This document shows, in pieces, positions 1 to 12,100 of a stretch of DNA of 64,000 nt. Position 1 is the first letter of the stretch; the number at the start of each line of letters is the position of its first letter. The stretch is from Daphnia carinata (lineage: Eukaryota). Below the pieces are notes generated by a model, which did not search any database, was not told the DNA's origin, and was given only the letters and a program-made list of their open reading frames with translations. Both the position numbers and the translations under genes were made by a program. The DNA lies in NCBI RefSeq assembly GCF_022539665.2, contig NC_081333.1, positions 9,486,001 to 9,550,000 on the forward strand, given 5' to 3'.

Positions 1-3000
1 GACGGAACGAATGGCGGGTACAACACTACTACTCGATTGCGCAATTCCCTTGCTAGCAATCTGCTTTTCTGGAACATTCACTTCGTGTGTTTTCCTCGCT
101 CTGTTCCGACGTTGTCCTATATGAGGAGAACAAAATCAAACAAGCAACAGGGGAGAAAAATCTTTTTTTAAGTTGCCCTTTTTTGTTTTCCCCAAGTGAT
201 ACGGAAGTCTATCTGTAGTGAGGCTGTCATCTTCCGCCTTTCCGCAACGTAGTCCAGTCAACATGCTGACCGGGAGTCAAAAAGAAACAGTGGACTGGTG
301 TGTGTCAAACGAGCTCATGAAAGGTATAATGAAAAAAAGTGAAAATAGACGATCGGAGTAGAGAAAAAGCTGGTAAGAGAAGGTGAGACATACAGCTCCA
401 TTCAGAAGTGGCTCATCGACGTAGCCCTTTGGGATGGAAAGGGACACGTTTTCCCGAAATTGCTTAGCAACCTCCACGGTGTCTTTCTCCCTTCTTTATC
501 TTCGTTCATGTGTAAACCGTATCCTTATATTTTTCAACCCATCTGTTCACCTCTGCTGGGTCCCAGACGCGTTGCCCGTTTCCATATTCCTCTTTTGCTC
601 GCTTTGAAGTGCAGTCATATTTCGCGTTGCGTCCAATTCCACTGGTTCCGCATGAACACGTGAAACGACAGAACCAGAAGAGAAAACAGAAACTCCTCAA
701 AGAGAAATGAATTCTTTATCCTACTGGAAAAACGTCACAAACAGAGAGATTATAATGATGCGGGGGAAGGACCCTGCTGCTTTTTTCGCCCTGACTGCAC
801 CATTTGACTATGGGAAAAGCTATTTTTAAAACGAACTATTCGCTTACAAAGCGCAACATTGAAAATAGATTTCCCGTGGATCAGCTGTGAAATTTAAAAC
901 AAAGCAGAAATTCTAGGATTGCATTTTACTGCGATGCACTGGACCATGTTGAAATTGATGATTCTGTTTTGATGAATCATCATGAATGTATCGACCGCCT
1001 ACGATGATCAGCAAAGCTGAACAAAGTGTTCCCACTCGGCGGAACCCAGATGGGAACAAAGCGTAACAGCAACATCTCGCCCTAAGGTTTTTAAAGAAGA
1101 ACCAAAACATAAAAAGAAAAGAAGAAGAGACTAGACGTGGCTACAGGCATACGTAACTCAGGGGAACCAACGACAACGACTAGAACAGGAGCTCAAAAGA
1201 ACTTTTTGCATAATTTTAGGAATCGAATCCCAAGTGCTGTGTACAGAGATAGCTTGTACAGGCGACACCCTCGTCATCCAAGCGACCTTAACATACAGTC
1301 TTTTATACGTACGTGTACAGTGAAAATGGGGGCAAAAAGATACACTACAAATTTTTTTAAGAAAACAAATTCTGATTCAAGAGGGACGCTGTGTGCATGG
1401 GCAGTCATGCTCGTATAGAGCTAGTCAGCATATAGAAACGCAGATGGGGGTGGGGGAGTTCGAGGCCGATCGATGCACACATATATGAAAAGTCTTCTTT
1501 TTATTTTTCAAGGAAATATCGCCCTTAGTTTCTTCATCACTTTCTCGCCATCTTGCTTTGTTCTTCATTTCTTTTCTTCCATCTGTTTATATATTGAGGA
1601 AAAGAAGGGGAGCCCTTCGTTATGCGCTTGGTTTAACTTCCTCGACATCTTACTGCCATTTCCGACTCAACGGCTGCCATTACCATTTAGGTCCACGCCA
1701 TCCAACCAGCGTTATACTTTGCTCTCCCTTTTTCTTCTTAATCCCAACTGCTTTTGCTGTGCCTTTCCACGCTCCTGCTGAATTAAACGACAGGCACGCC
1801 CATCTACCCTACAAAGAAAGGCTGAACATGTTCCTCGATGGAGTGTTGATACTTTTTTTCTTTTGGAATGAAATTCGGTTACAGAAATTAAGTTTTGGTT
1901 GAATGAAGATATGGTACGTTAATAATTGGATGCGAACTTGACTCTTTTCTTTGTGGAGTACGTTATTGTTTGGCTGCAGTCCTCACGGTTGAACGAGACG
2001 GAAGTCAAACACTGACGCAATCAATAGGCTATCTCATTAGCCATGCAAGATACTCAACACAGTAAATCATCCCTCTTTATATGTACGTCATGTTGCTTGA
2101 CTCGGTATATCAGATATATAATAGAGCTGATCTTCCGGAGATTTCAACGATCTGCCATTTCGTGATCTATTATAGTCACTGTGCAAATAGCAGAAATAGC
2201 GATAGCGACGGATGCATTAATGTTTGATTCTGATGGTATTATGCCGTACCGGATGGCCAAGCTTCTAGCGACGCAGCACGAAATCCCCGTAATAAACGCA
2301 CAAGATCGTAAAGCAGCATATAAATAATACTGAAAAGGAAGCAACCGTTGAAAAGGCCGCCATTTTGGGTGCCGTTCGCCCAACGAGAGTCACGTCAGCC
2401 GACTTGTTCCCGATGTTATAAAGTATCGAGGTAACAAAAATTCCCCTGTCGGGTCTACCTACGGTGGACAAAAGCCAAAACACGACACGCAGGCACAGCG
2501 AACTGGGTTGTTTTTTACAACCATAGATCTATATATGGATTATTTTTTGGCGTCCCAGAGTTGCTGGTGTGGCGCAACATGCAGCAAAGGTTGTTTTTTT
2601 AGAGGAGCGCTTTATTATGCAAATATTTCGTGCTGTATATATTTTCAAATTGTGTTGGCTTTACTGCGAACCGTCTCTCGCTGCTTCCAGCTCCAAATGC
2701 CAAAGACAAGGAACCGTCATTTCCACCGAAGTCGGATGAAACTACACAACTGAATGTGTTTGTGTTTTGGTGAAATGTGTTTGTTTGCTGCTTTTACTGC
2801 GTCACGCAATTGATGAGCGATTCAAACCAGGCGACCAACATTTTAGATGGAGTTTTTATTTATTTTTGTTAGTCGGGTTTTTTTTAGCGCAACGATCGTG
2901 GGTGAGTCCCGCTTTGTTGATTGTTTACATTTCTGCTTGAAATTGTTTTCCCCGTTCGTGCACGAGTCTAACGTTTAAAGCAAAATTTCACAGTAAATTG

Positions 3001-3887
3001 AATTTCTTTGTCACGACGGCGATCGATTGAATCTCTCCTTCCTGAATAAGAAGAAAGGCCACTTGAAAATCGATTGTCGATTACCTGTCGATTGCACCAA
3101 GAAAAACGAAAATCGTTTCTTAAATCGTTCAAACGAGTAAATTGGCAGTAATTGGACGTCATTCTATTGCCCAGACGTTCAGACAGTCTGAATCCGTCTG
3201 GAATAACGACTCCTGTTCAAAAATGAATACAAATGGAGCTAGAAATTTGTAGCTGAACGATTGCGACAGATGATGCCCAACACAATCTGCGCGTCTATCT
3301 CCTTTATGATGATCGACACGTTGAACCGTCTGTGGCCTTCTTACAACATGCGTCGTGCAAATCGAAAAAAATCTTCAATCATTGTTGCTAAACAAGGGAG
3401 ATAGACCATAATTAACTCTCGCTCGATGTAGCTCATTACTGGCCAGAGTAATTCATATACGTTACGTGTATATTCATTACCGCAACGTAATAAACACCAA
3501 AACTATCGAACTCTTTGGAGCATCCTAACGAGCTTACCGTGAATGTCACTGCTGTTATTAATACTCGTTCTTTTGTGGTAAAAGATCCACCAAAGGAATA
3601 CATCTCCCCTGCAAGATGTCTATAGGAATCAAGGGAACATAGAGCGTGTGAAATGATATCGTTGGTAACGAAAGAAATTTATTTTGCGACAGTCTGTCTA
3701 CGTAGACGTTGAGGTCACGTGCACAGCTGGGCTTTCCTTGTAACGATGAACGTCTTTGTCTTTCGAGTTGGATTGTTTATGCTTTATGTAGTACAACATT
3801 CTCATGTCCTCTGTACATTATCCGATACACAGTGCCTCAGCATCTGGAGGAAGCTATTTTCAAGCGGAGGCGTTTCGATCTAACGTC

Positions 3888-6800
3888 ATGAACCGACATC
3901 ACCATCCGTTGGTTGCATCATTCCAAACAGCCGGATCGTTGACGTGTTTCTTCTTCTTCCTGTTTATTCTACCGCAGTTTTTCATCACCACAGGTACTGC
4001 TTGTGTGTGTGTGTACGTTATGCTAGTCGACAATGAAATGGATAGATTGTTTTGATTATGGTCTGGCAAGCAGTCAACGCAATCGATTGCTTCAAATGCG
4101 TCTCCGTCAACGGCGAGAATCCCGCCTGCGAGGACCCGTTCCACAATAACTTCACCAGCGATCTACTAGAATCGCCCTGCATGGGCGGACGTAAAAACCG
4201 CAATGGTCTCTTCCCAGCCACAGCATGTCTCAAGCTCGCCGGTCGTTACGGTATTATTATCATAATAAATTACACGCATCATCAGATAACTGGACTTTTG
4301 CTTCCGCGTCCGCGCCCTTTTTTTTTATCGACGGCAGTTGCATATTCTACTGTGTAGCCTAAGGCATGATGGATATATTTTTTTTCAAATCTTATCTTTT
4401 TTTTTTGAAAGGAAAGTTTTCTGTTGAATAGTTGTATTGGGAAAATTGTTAGCGATTCAATTTTTATGGATCAAGGGGAAAGAAAAGAAGAGTTCATGTG
4501 CATGTATACCGTACCTGCTGACTGAATATCGATTAACGTTTAGTCCTTGTGGTCCTCCGGAAATGGGTATCATTATATCCTTCTGGGAAAAAAAAAATAA
4601 AGAATCGGTAGAAAACGGCGCTCGTGATAGATGTGGATGCGGTACATAGCTCAGAATAGTAATGTTCTATTTTTCCGTTTCATATTTTGGGGTTTTTTCC
4701 TTATTGGTAGGAGGGCGTTTTTCTTATTGCGTGCCCCAAAAATATGAAAATTATCTTTTCCTGTAGGACATACTGCACAGAGCTAATACCTATATAGTCG
4801 CCGTTCTATGTCCATAGAAAGAAAAGTGTCTTTTTTTTATCGAATCATTATTTTTGATAAAAAATGACATATCTTACACACAGCGATTGATTTATGTGCG
4901 TGCAGCAAGTATCCCAGTTAGAAATGTCAGAAATAATCAAGACGAAAGGGAGGAAAAACATCCTGTACGAAATAAAAGTGCTCCAAGAAGATGAAGAAAA
5001 ATAAAAGACTAGCAAAAAATATATATGTTTGGGTCTCGTGAGCATTAACTTATAAAATGAGGCTTTTACAATATTTAGCAAGACGAACTTGAAATGGGCC
5101 TAGAACTCGTTAACTGGGTAATAAATGCTGGGCTGTGTGTGTCATAATAGACTATAGCAGGATCTCCCTCCCCACATTTTCTTGTAGGATGATTTTGTTT
5201 TTTTTATCAAGTTGGATATATTAGGCTTTCGTTTACTATGCATAATATTGTGTCTTTGAGAGAAAGGGGAAAATTAGGAACAAAAGAACAGCTGCGTTCG
5301 ACTGTGTGGTGGCACATCGATCCGTCGTTTTAAAATAAAATCCTAGGACCCAAGATATAGATAAAAGAAAGAGAAAAGATTGGTTTAACTATGCAAACGC
5401 TACTGCGATGAAATAGCCACCGTTGGCCAAATCTTGACGGCGCAATGATATTGAAACAAAGGCTATTAAATTCGCTTTATTCATTTCAGTTTCAATTGCT
5501 GACTGTTTTAGCATTAGGCCTATTCATGTCATTTTGAATCTTTTAATCAGCGACGGTTACTTCCGAAGGGGTCATGGAACCGTCAACACATGTTTACTAA
5601 TTACGAGCGGTATAATTGGGACGAAAGCGAAGGCCTAGTTGGCTAATATGATTCTTATTAAAACGCGCTTCACTATGAGGAATGCCTGTAAGGCAAATGT
5701 TAGACTATTCCTTATAGGCTACACTATAATTCGACTAACAGAGTGTTTAAATGTAACATGTTGATAGAACTCAACTTGGATAACTAAACAAGTGACCAAC
5801 AGTTTCAATGTTTATTAAATATTTAATGAAACATAAACACTGCTTAAAGAAAAAACACAAAGAAAGGATGCTTGGTTGAAGAGCTAAAAATTAGGATGTG
5901 CAAACGGAACACTTCGTTAAGTTCTTTCGTTCATGCTGGGCGAAAAAACGGCGGAATTGCCGGAAACTCATAGGGGTGGAACTCTTTGCCATTGGGGTCA
6001 ACATCCTAATCCGGAATAGACTAACAAACACATAAGGAAAAAAAGTAAAAAAAAAAATAATAATAATAGAAAAATTAGGAGGTTAGTAACGCAGTCAACA
6101 GATTGGCAACAGCTCGGTGGATACCACAAATCAAAAAACTTATTCGATATTATTTTTGAAAAAGAGGAGACATTAAACATAGGAATACTAATCAGCGGGC
6201 TTGACTATTCTTGTAAAAAATTAAAGCCTTGCAAGTTTTTAATTATAGAAACTTTTTGGGGAATTGTTAAAGGTTAGGAGCTATAGCAACAATAATTTAG
6301 GCTGGCTTTTCGTTCAGAAGCATCTCCCTTTCACCTTAAAAAACTGGATCAAAGAAAAGAACGATTTCTTTTGCCTTGTTTCACCCGCACAGTAGACGAC
6401 GTCAGCTGCAAAGTTCTTGTAGAAGAAAAGAAAAAGTTCAGGTAGTTAAAAAATGTTAGTTGTAAACTGTTAGAAATTTGTCCTTTTGATCTACGCTTTA
6501 CTTTAAATCTTTCAAAAATGTAATCTTAAATCGTAGTATTGCAACATTTAGGAGACACAACAATGTAATATGGTGCATATTCGACGAGCCTTTTGTTTTG
6601 TTTTAGCGTCTTATTTATTGCTTGTGCATTAAGTATTGTATTTGATGGATCTTGTGCAACTGTTGCCATGACAAGGAGGGGCAATACCGAAATGTCTAAC
6701 TAATTGAACGTGCTTTTTTTTGTGCTGCCATCGATTTCACGACAACGTCCACGAGTTTCAGCTGATGGTAATTACGAAAAAATGGTGATTCGTACCTGCG

Positions 6801-9154
6801 CCCTGGATTCCGGTTCATTGACACTTGACACGGAACTCGTCCGAATGTCCCATTGTGGCAGTTTCGTTCTGGACGGAAGGTCAGCCACTGATATATCCAT
6901 CAAGTCAACTCCTCTTTTCTCTTTCTGTCCCTAATCCCAGACTCCGATCAATATTAATGCGATATAGTAAAACTGTCGAGAAGAGAGAGGGTCTCAAACC
7001 AGGTGCGTTTCCCCAACAACGATCGTTCGCGTTCGATCGCGATAAATCCGACGTGTGCGTTCTTTATACTTTAAGCCATCCATCTTTCAGCGAAGATCTT
7101 GCGTGAGCACGGTGCACCCTCCTCTACCATCCGATCGAGAACTGAAAGAATAGTAATTGCGTAACCGGAAAAACGAATAGCAGCTGTTATCCATTAGTTT
7201 TTTTTTAACAGGCAGAAGGGGATTCTAGAATCGGTATATGGAACAACATGTTCCGTTGAGCATGCACTCAATCGATTTAAAACATATAGGTTTGATTAGT
7301 CATTGATGTTTTCATCTCTTTTTTTTTTGTGTGTGTGTGTTTCCCTTGTTTTTCTTTTTTTGGTTCACATTGGTCAACGCTTCACGAACGACGTCCGATC
7401 ACGTAATAGACGATACGGGCGAAACGATAGTAGTTAGAGGTTGTGCTCTGGACAGTGGCACGTTGACGACCGATACAGAAATCATACGCATGTCTCACTG
7501 CGGCGGATTGTACTTTGACGACAGGTAATTAAAAGAAAAATCAACTATCCCGGTTTCATCCGATTGCTATTCCGAGATATCCTTAGATCCATCGCATGCA
7601 CCATCATCAATCTAACACAGTTCAGATTGCCTTCCATCCCTTGACGCTCTATCGAATTTCTTATTTTGCATTTCGTGCACACGTTTTCGATTATGTTCGC
7701 AAGCATGTGATATGGAATTCCCTGTAAACCACGTACCTCTTCTTGGATGTAAGTTTGAACGCAATGTATTGATGCCTCAGGAAAACAACTGTGTTCTATT
7801 CTGCCTGCGTCGTTCACTCTTCTTTCTGTTTACCCAAAGCTATAAACAAGTGTTTGAGACTGTTGTCGTGCATCCAATACAAACTCATAGACTATATGTG
7901 TACAGTTACATGGCCCATCAATTTGTTTATGTGACAAAGAACAAAGACGGTACTGCCTAGTACGAAATAGAAACCAACTTTTTACTACATCTCCTTATAT
8001 ATATACGGCGTCTGTTTGTTGTTCAACTCAAAACAATCAACTGCGTATTTTTCGGCAGATGAAAACACTAAAGGTCGTGCCAATGGTGCTCGCACTCAGG
8101 CTTTACCCGGCTATAAACATTGGGGTTCCCAAAAAAAAAAAGAAAAAAAAGAAAAAACGGTGTCAGCAGTGAGATATCCAAACGGTTTAGCTATTGAAAT
8201 TCAAACGCGCAGTGCAAATGCTCGCTGAAGCGATTGATTGAGCCTGCCTTCACTCTGTCCGACAAAAGAGATTGCCAGCATGAGGCAATGCATGGCTTGA
8301 TGGATTACGGCGGCATCATCACTCTCACTCACGCCCCCTCTATAAATATATGTACCGCTCACGCACAGCACTCTTCCCACTGAAGTCGTTCTATACACAC
8401 GGCAAGCTTTTTTTTTTGTTATGTATTCAATATAGCTCTCGCTCTTCATTTTCAACACTTTTTTTTTTTCACGAGTCTTTCACAATGTTATTATTATTTT
8501 TTTTCTGTCTACGTGCCTTTTGTGTTACGAAAAAAAAAAAATCGTTCACAGACGGCGAAGGATGGAGGGCTCTCAAAGCGAGTGAACCGGGAGAGCTCGC
8601 TTCGTGTCTGCGTCTATTTTTCACGTTTGCACAATGACGATACCATAAAGCATACATCACTAATATACAGGGCTAACTGTGTATCAAAATTCATATATCG
8701 CTACTGAGTTCACGAAACTACATTCCAACCCTGTTTTATTTTATTTGGCTTGGTTCAATTCAATTTGAAAGTTTTACCATTTAACGTAAATTCTCGGTAC
8801 TGGCTGGCTAACATTGTACTTTCTTTGACCATTCTAAAAAAAAAAGAAATTAATAGAACTCTCTCTTTTGATTTGGTGACACTTATTCCAATCCTTTATA
8901 AAGCTTTCGCCTTGTTGTGTATTGTAACAATTTGGAGGGGGGGGGGCGATTGATGTCTTGGCCTTTTTTTGCTGGTAGCTTCAATTATCTTATTTGCGGT
9001 CTATAGGTACGTCAACGGTTGCCTTCAGAGCTGCGATGACGGCGACGGGTGCAACAGGGCGCCAGATCGTTCCAGCTGGTTGCGGATGGCCGCTGCCTCG
9101 GCCACATTCTCTCTCATCTTTGGCTGCAGAATACCCTTTCATGTTTTACGATAA
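3888..9154 (+). CDS. Ly6/uPAR three-finger, probably GPI-anchored protein (quiver/sleepless-like). Exons 3888-3993, 4074-4250, either 6762-6879 or 7410-7524, then 9007-9154
   Basis: Hydrophobic N-terminal signal (CFFFFLFILPQFF), then IDCFKCVS..CEDPF, further Cys, a C-terminal GCLQSCDDGDGCN (the CN motif of LU domains) and a hydrophobic GPI-signal-like tail. GT-AG junctions and phases are consistent. Confidence 0.9.
6762..6879 (+). CDS. Ly6 gene alternative exon 3A (ADGNYEKMVIRTCALDSGSLTLDTELVRMSHCGSFVLDGR)
   Basis: tttcag acceptor, AG|gtcagc donor, 118 nt, phase 1 to phase 2; paralogous to exon 3B. Confidence 0.85.
7410..7524 (+). CDS. Ly6 gene alternative exon 3B (DDTGETIVVRGCALDSGTLTTDTEIIRMSHCGGLYFDDR)
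   Basis: aatag acceptor, AG|gtaatt donor, 115 nt, phase 1 to phase 2; paralogous to exon 3A. Confidence 0.88.
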
Positions 9155-12100
9155 TATCTACACTTTTTAGTTATTTCCTTTGTGTTTTTCTTATAGCTGT
9201 ATAAGGTGAATTCAATCGTGTGTCATTTTTTTCCCGATGACTTTGGCTGGCATTTTCTTTTCTTTTATATGGAAAACAAAATATTCTAAGCGTTTCTTAA
9301 ACCTTTCTTTTTTTTTCAATTTTACTGACTTTTATTAGGTTTTCCTTATTATTCTATTCAAAACTGAATGTATACATAGACTGCATACTGCGTTTGAAAT
9401 TTGGAACTTGATTACGTCGTCGGTTCACTAAACGGAGTATTGCTATGTAGAATGATTCAAGAAATATAGTATATGACATAAGACATGTAGATGGCAGATT
9501 TATACATGCATTTGACTTTTACCGCTGCCAGCGAAACTTGTTTGATGTTTGTCTGCCAAAAATGGTCCTTCCACCTGATCATCGACCTACATTTTCATTT
9601 CTGTTTGTTCAATATTTCATTTTCGTTTGTTTGTTGACCTTTGTTCATTTCTTTTCATTGCATTTCGAAACGTCAAAAAGATTCCTACAGCCATTTGCGA
9701 TACATTTGCAAATAAACTCTGCACAAAATAAATGTACCTTTTGCTTTCTTGGCTGAGTCCTACCCCATACGCAGTTCAACCGGCAATATGTTGATTGGTT
9801 ATTCATTGCTATTTGAACTTTGGGCAATGATTACCAAAGGAAAATAAAATTTAAAAAATATTGAAGACTTGGCTATATACCACGGCAGGGGACACGTTAA
9901 CGTGTATGTGCAGCAGCAGCTTAAAGATGTTATCCCCAGTCCATCTAAAATGGATAGACGTGCCGCTGCGTGCAACAAGAAACAGCCGGCCCAAACAACA
10001 AATCGATAGGACTTTATTGTTCTTGGTCCAGCATTAAAATAAAAAAGAAAAGAAAACGAATTCTTGTTTGTCAGGTCTCTATTACTTTAGCTGGCCATCG
10101 TCCGACTCGTTCTCTATACTTGGCTGTTTTGATTGTCGTCGAGTTTTGGGTTTGTCTCTCCAACCCACATCAGCTGATCGAATCACCTTTCGTCCAACCG
10201 GTTCCCCCCGCAGCGAGCGAAACGATGGGACTGGCTGTTTGATCGAATCAAGCTCGCGCACCTGACCGTGTCTATATACACACACAAGGCATTTATAGCC
10301 AAAGGGCTACACACATACAAAAAAGAGGCCAACTCAAGTGTGTAATAGTCACTAGCGAAAAGCATATATACGGCTTGATAAACGTAGGATTGGTTCCGTA
10401 CAAGGTTGAGCCAGTAATTTAATTTTGTCTGGGTCTGCTAAAAGATAAACATCGATGTTAATCAATTTGAAAATGACGGACGTCTGGGATCAAGTGCTTC
10501 GCACATTTGATGAGACTCTGTTGGAGACCATTCTCTTGACAACATTTGTTGAAAAGACTAATATTGGTCGTAATGATCGATAGGCCATCAAATTGGCTTC
10601 CTTCCTGTGCGCGGCGAAACCGAAAATATGTAAAGAATATGAACCACGGTCCAGTAGTTGATTAGTCGTAGATGACTTGGGTGATTACGTGCTCGTTCGA
10701 GCATAGAGAGTAAACTCAATGCCCTCAAAATTCCGGCCATTAGAGAGAAGCGAAATGTATTCATCAGCATCCAATTATTACACGCCAGCAGGCTATACCC
10801 TCCTCTTCTTGAATATCATTAATTATTGCACAATACGATGTCGCGGGTAGACGTATCGACCAGCAAAAGCCACTATGAAAATTCTCAGGAGAAGGGGGAC
10901 GTTTTACTATAATGCCTTGATCACGCCATTTCCCGCATCTGTCGTGCCATCTGACGAACGTGAGTGATAACATTATCAAGATCTTTAGCGGGAAAACCTT
11001 GATGCGTGCAACACGAACGCACATAGACCTAAGGCGAATACATTTTTAGGTTTCTCTCTTACGAACCAATAAGGCGCAACGGCGGATGAAACGGTGGGCG
11101 TGCTGTGTACCTATGTCTGGTGACCCATAAATGATCGATCCATCGCAGCTCGTGACACAGGGACATCAAGCCATTCGGCACATTTCCTCCGATTCACTTC
11201 TATTGTCCTTACTTTCTTGTAAGGAGGGAAAAAAATGTTTACACACACACACACACATATACACTAGACAACCGCGTGTGTGTACACGGCTTCCTAAGCC
11301 ACATGCACATGACGTTTTGTAGATAATATGACGAAGCTTATCGCTCTTGTTTTGTTACGAAGGGTTGTGTGTGACGAACGCGGTGTGCAAAAGAGCGGCC
11401 TGTGTGGGCGACGTTCGTCGACGTGGAAAACAAAACAAACTAGTCGGAAAGGAACGGTATGAGAAAAAAAAAAGGAAAAAGAAAGTCAACAAGTCTTTTC
11501 CTGATAAGTTTACTTGATAGTGAAAAGTGAAGCAGGGGGGGGGGGGAATAGAAAAGAAAGAAAATTTGGGATTTTTTGTTTCGCTGTTTTTACAAGAACT
11601 TTTACTTCCTTCTGACGAAGAGTTTTCAAATTGAAACGACATTTTTTCCTCATTTTCTTTTTGTTTGAAATGGGAAGAAGACGAAAGAAGCGGAGTGGCT
11701 GTGAATAAATACTAACTAACGCAATCAATGAGCGAGCAAGTGACTGCGTAGGGACGGGAGTGACGTCAGAGTTCAATAGCCACACTGAACGACGGACTTC
11801 TTACGACGGAACAAGAGAAAAAACTACGCCCACAAAATAGATTTTTTTTTTTTTTTAAGGTAGCCGGCTATGTTGCGATGACGTCTTTCGGTTGTTAAGG
11901 AGACGCGCATTGAAGGCGGGTTATCCAACGTTCATTTCCAAGACGTCACGTTAACCATAACTGTTTTTTCGTTTTTCGCAATGAATGGGGCGGACTTTCA
12001 TTCGCTATGCAAATTCACAGTTATAAAAAAAACTAAGCATCCTCGACCGCATTTCTAAACTGGCACTTTTTGAGGTGAGCATCATTCATTCATCCACTTG

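Noticed and set aside
1..2500. Several 60-110 aa ORFs on both strands
   Set aside because: No recognisable motifs or consistent exon chain; low-complexity F/K-rich translations typical of AT-rich non-coding DNA
4068..4073. NAGNAG tandem acceptors (aagcag in the Ly6 gene; aagtag at 44371-44376 in RhoBTB)
   Set aside because: Common, and would change only one residue
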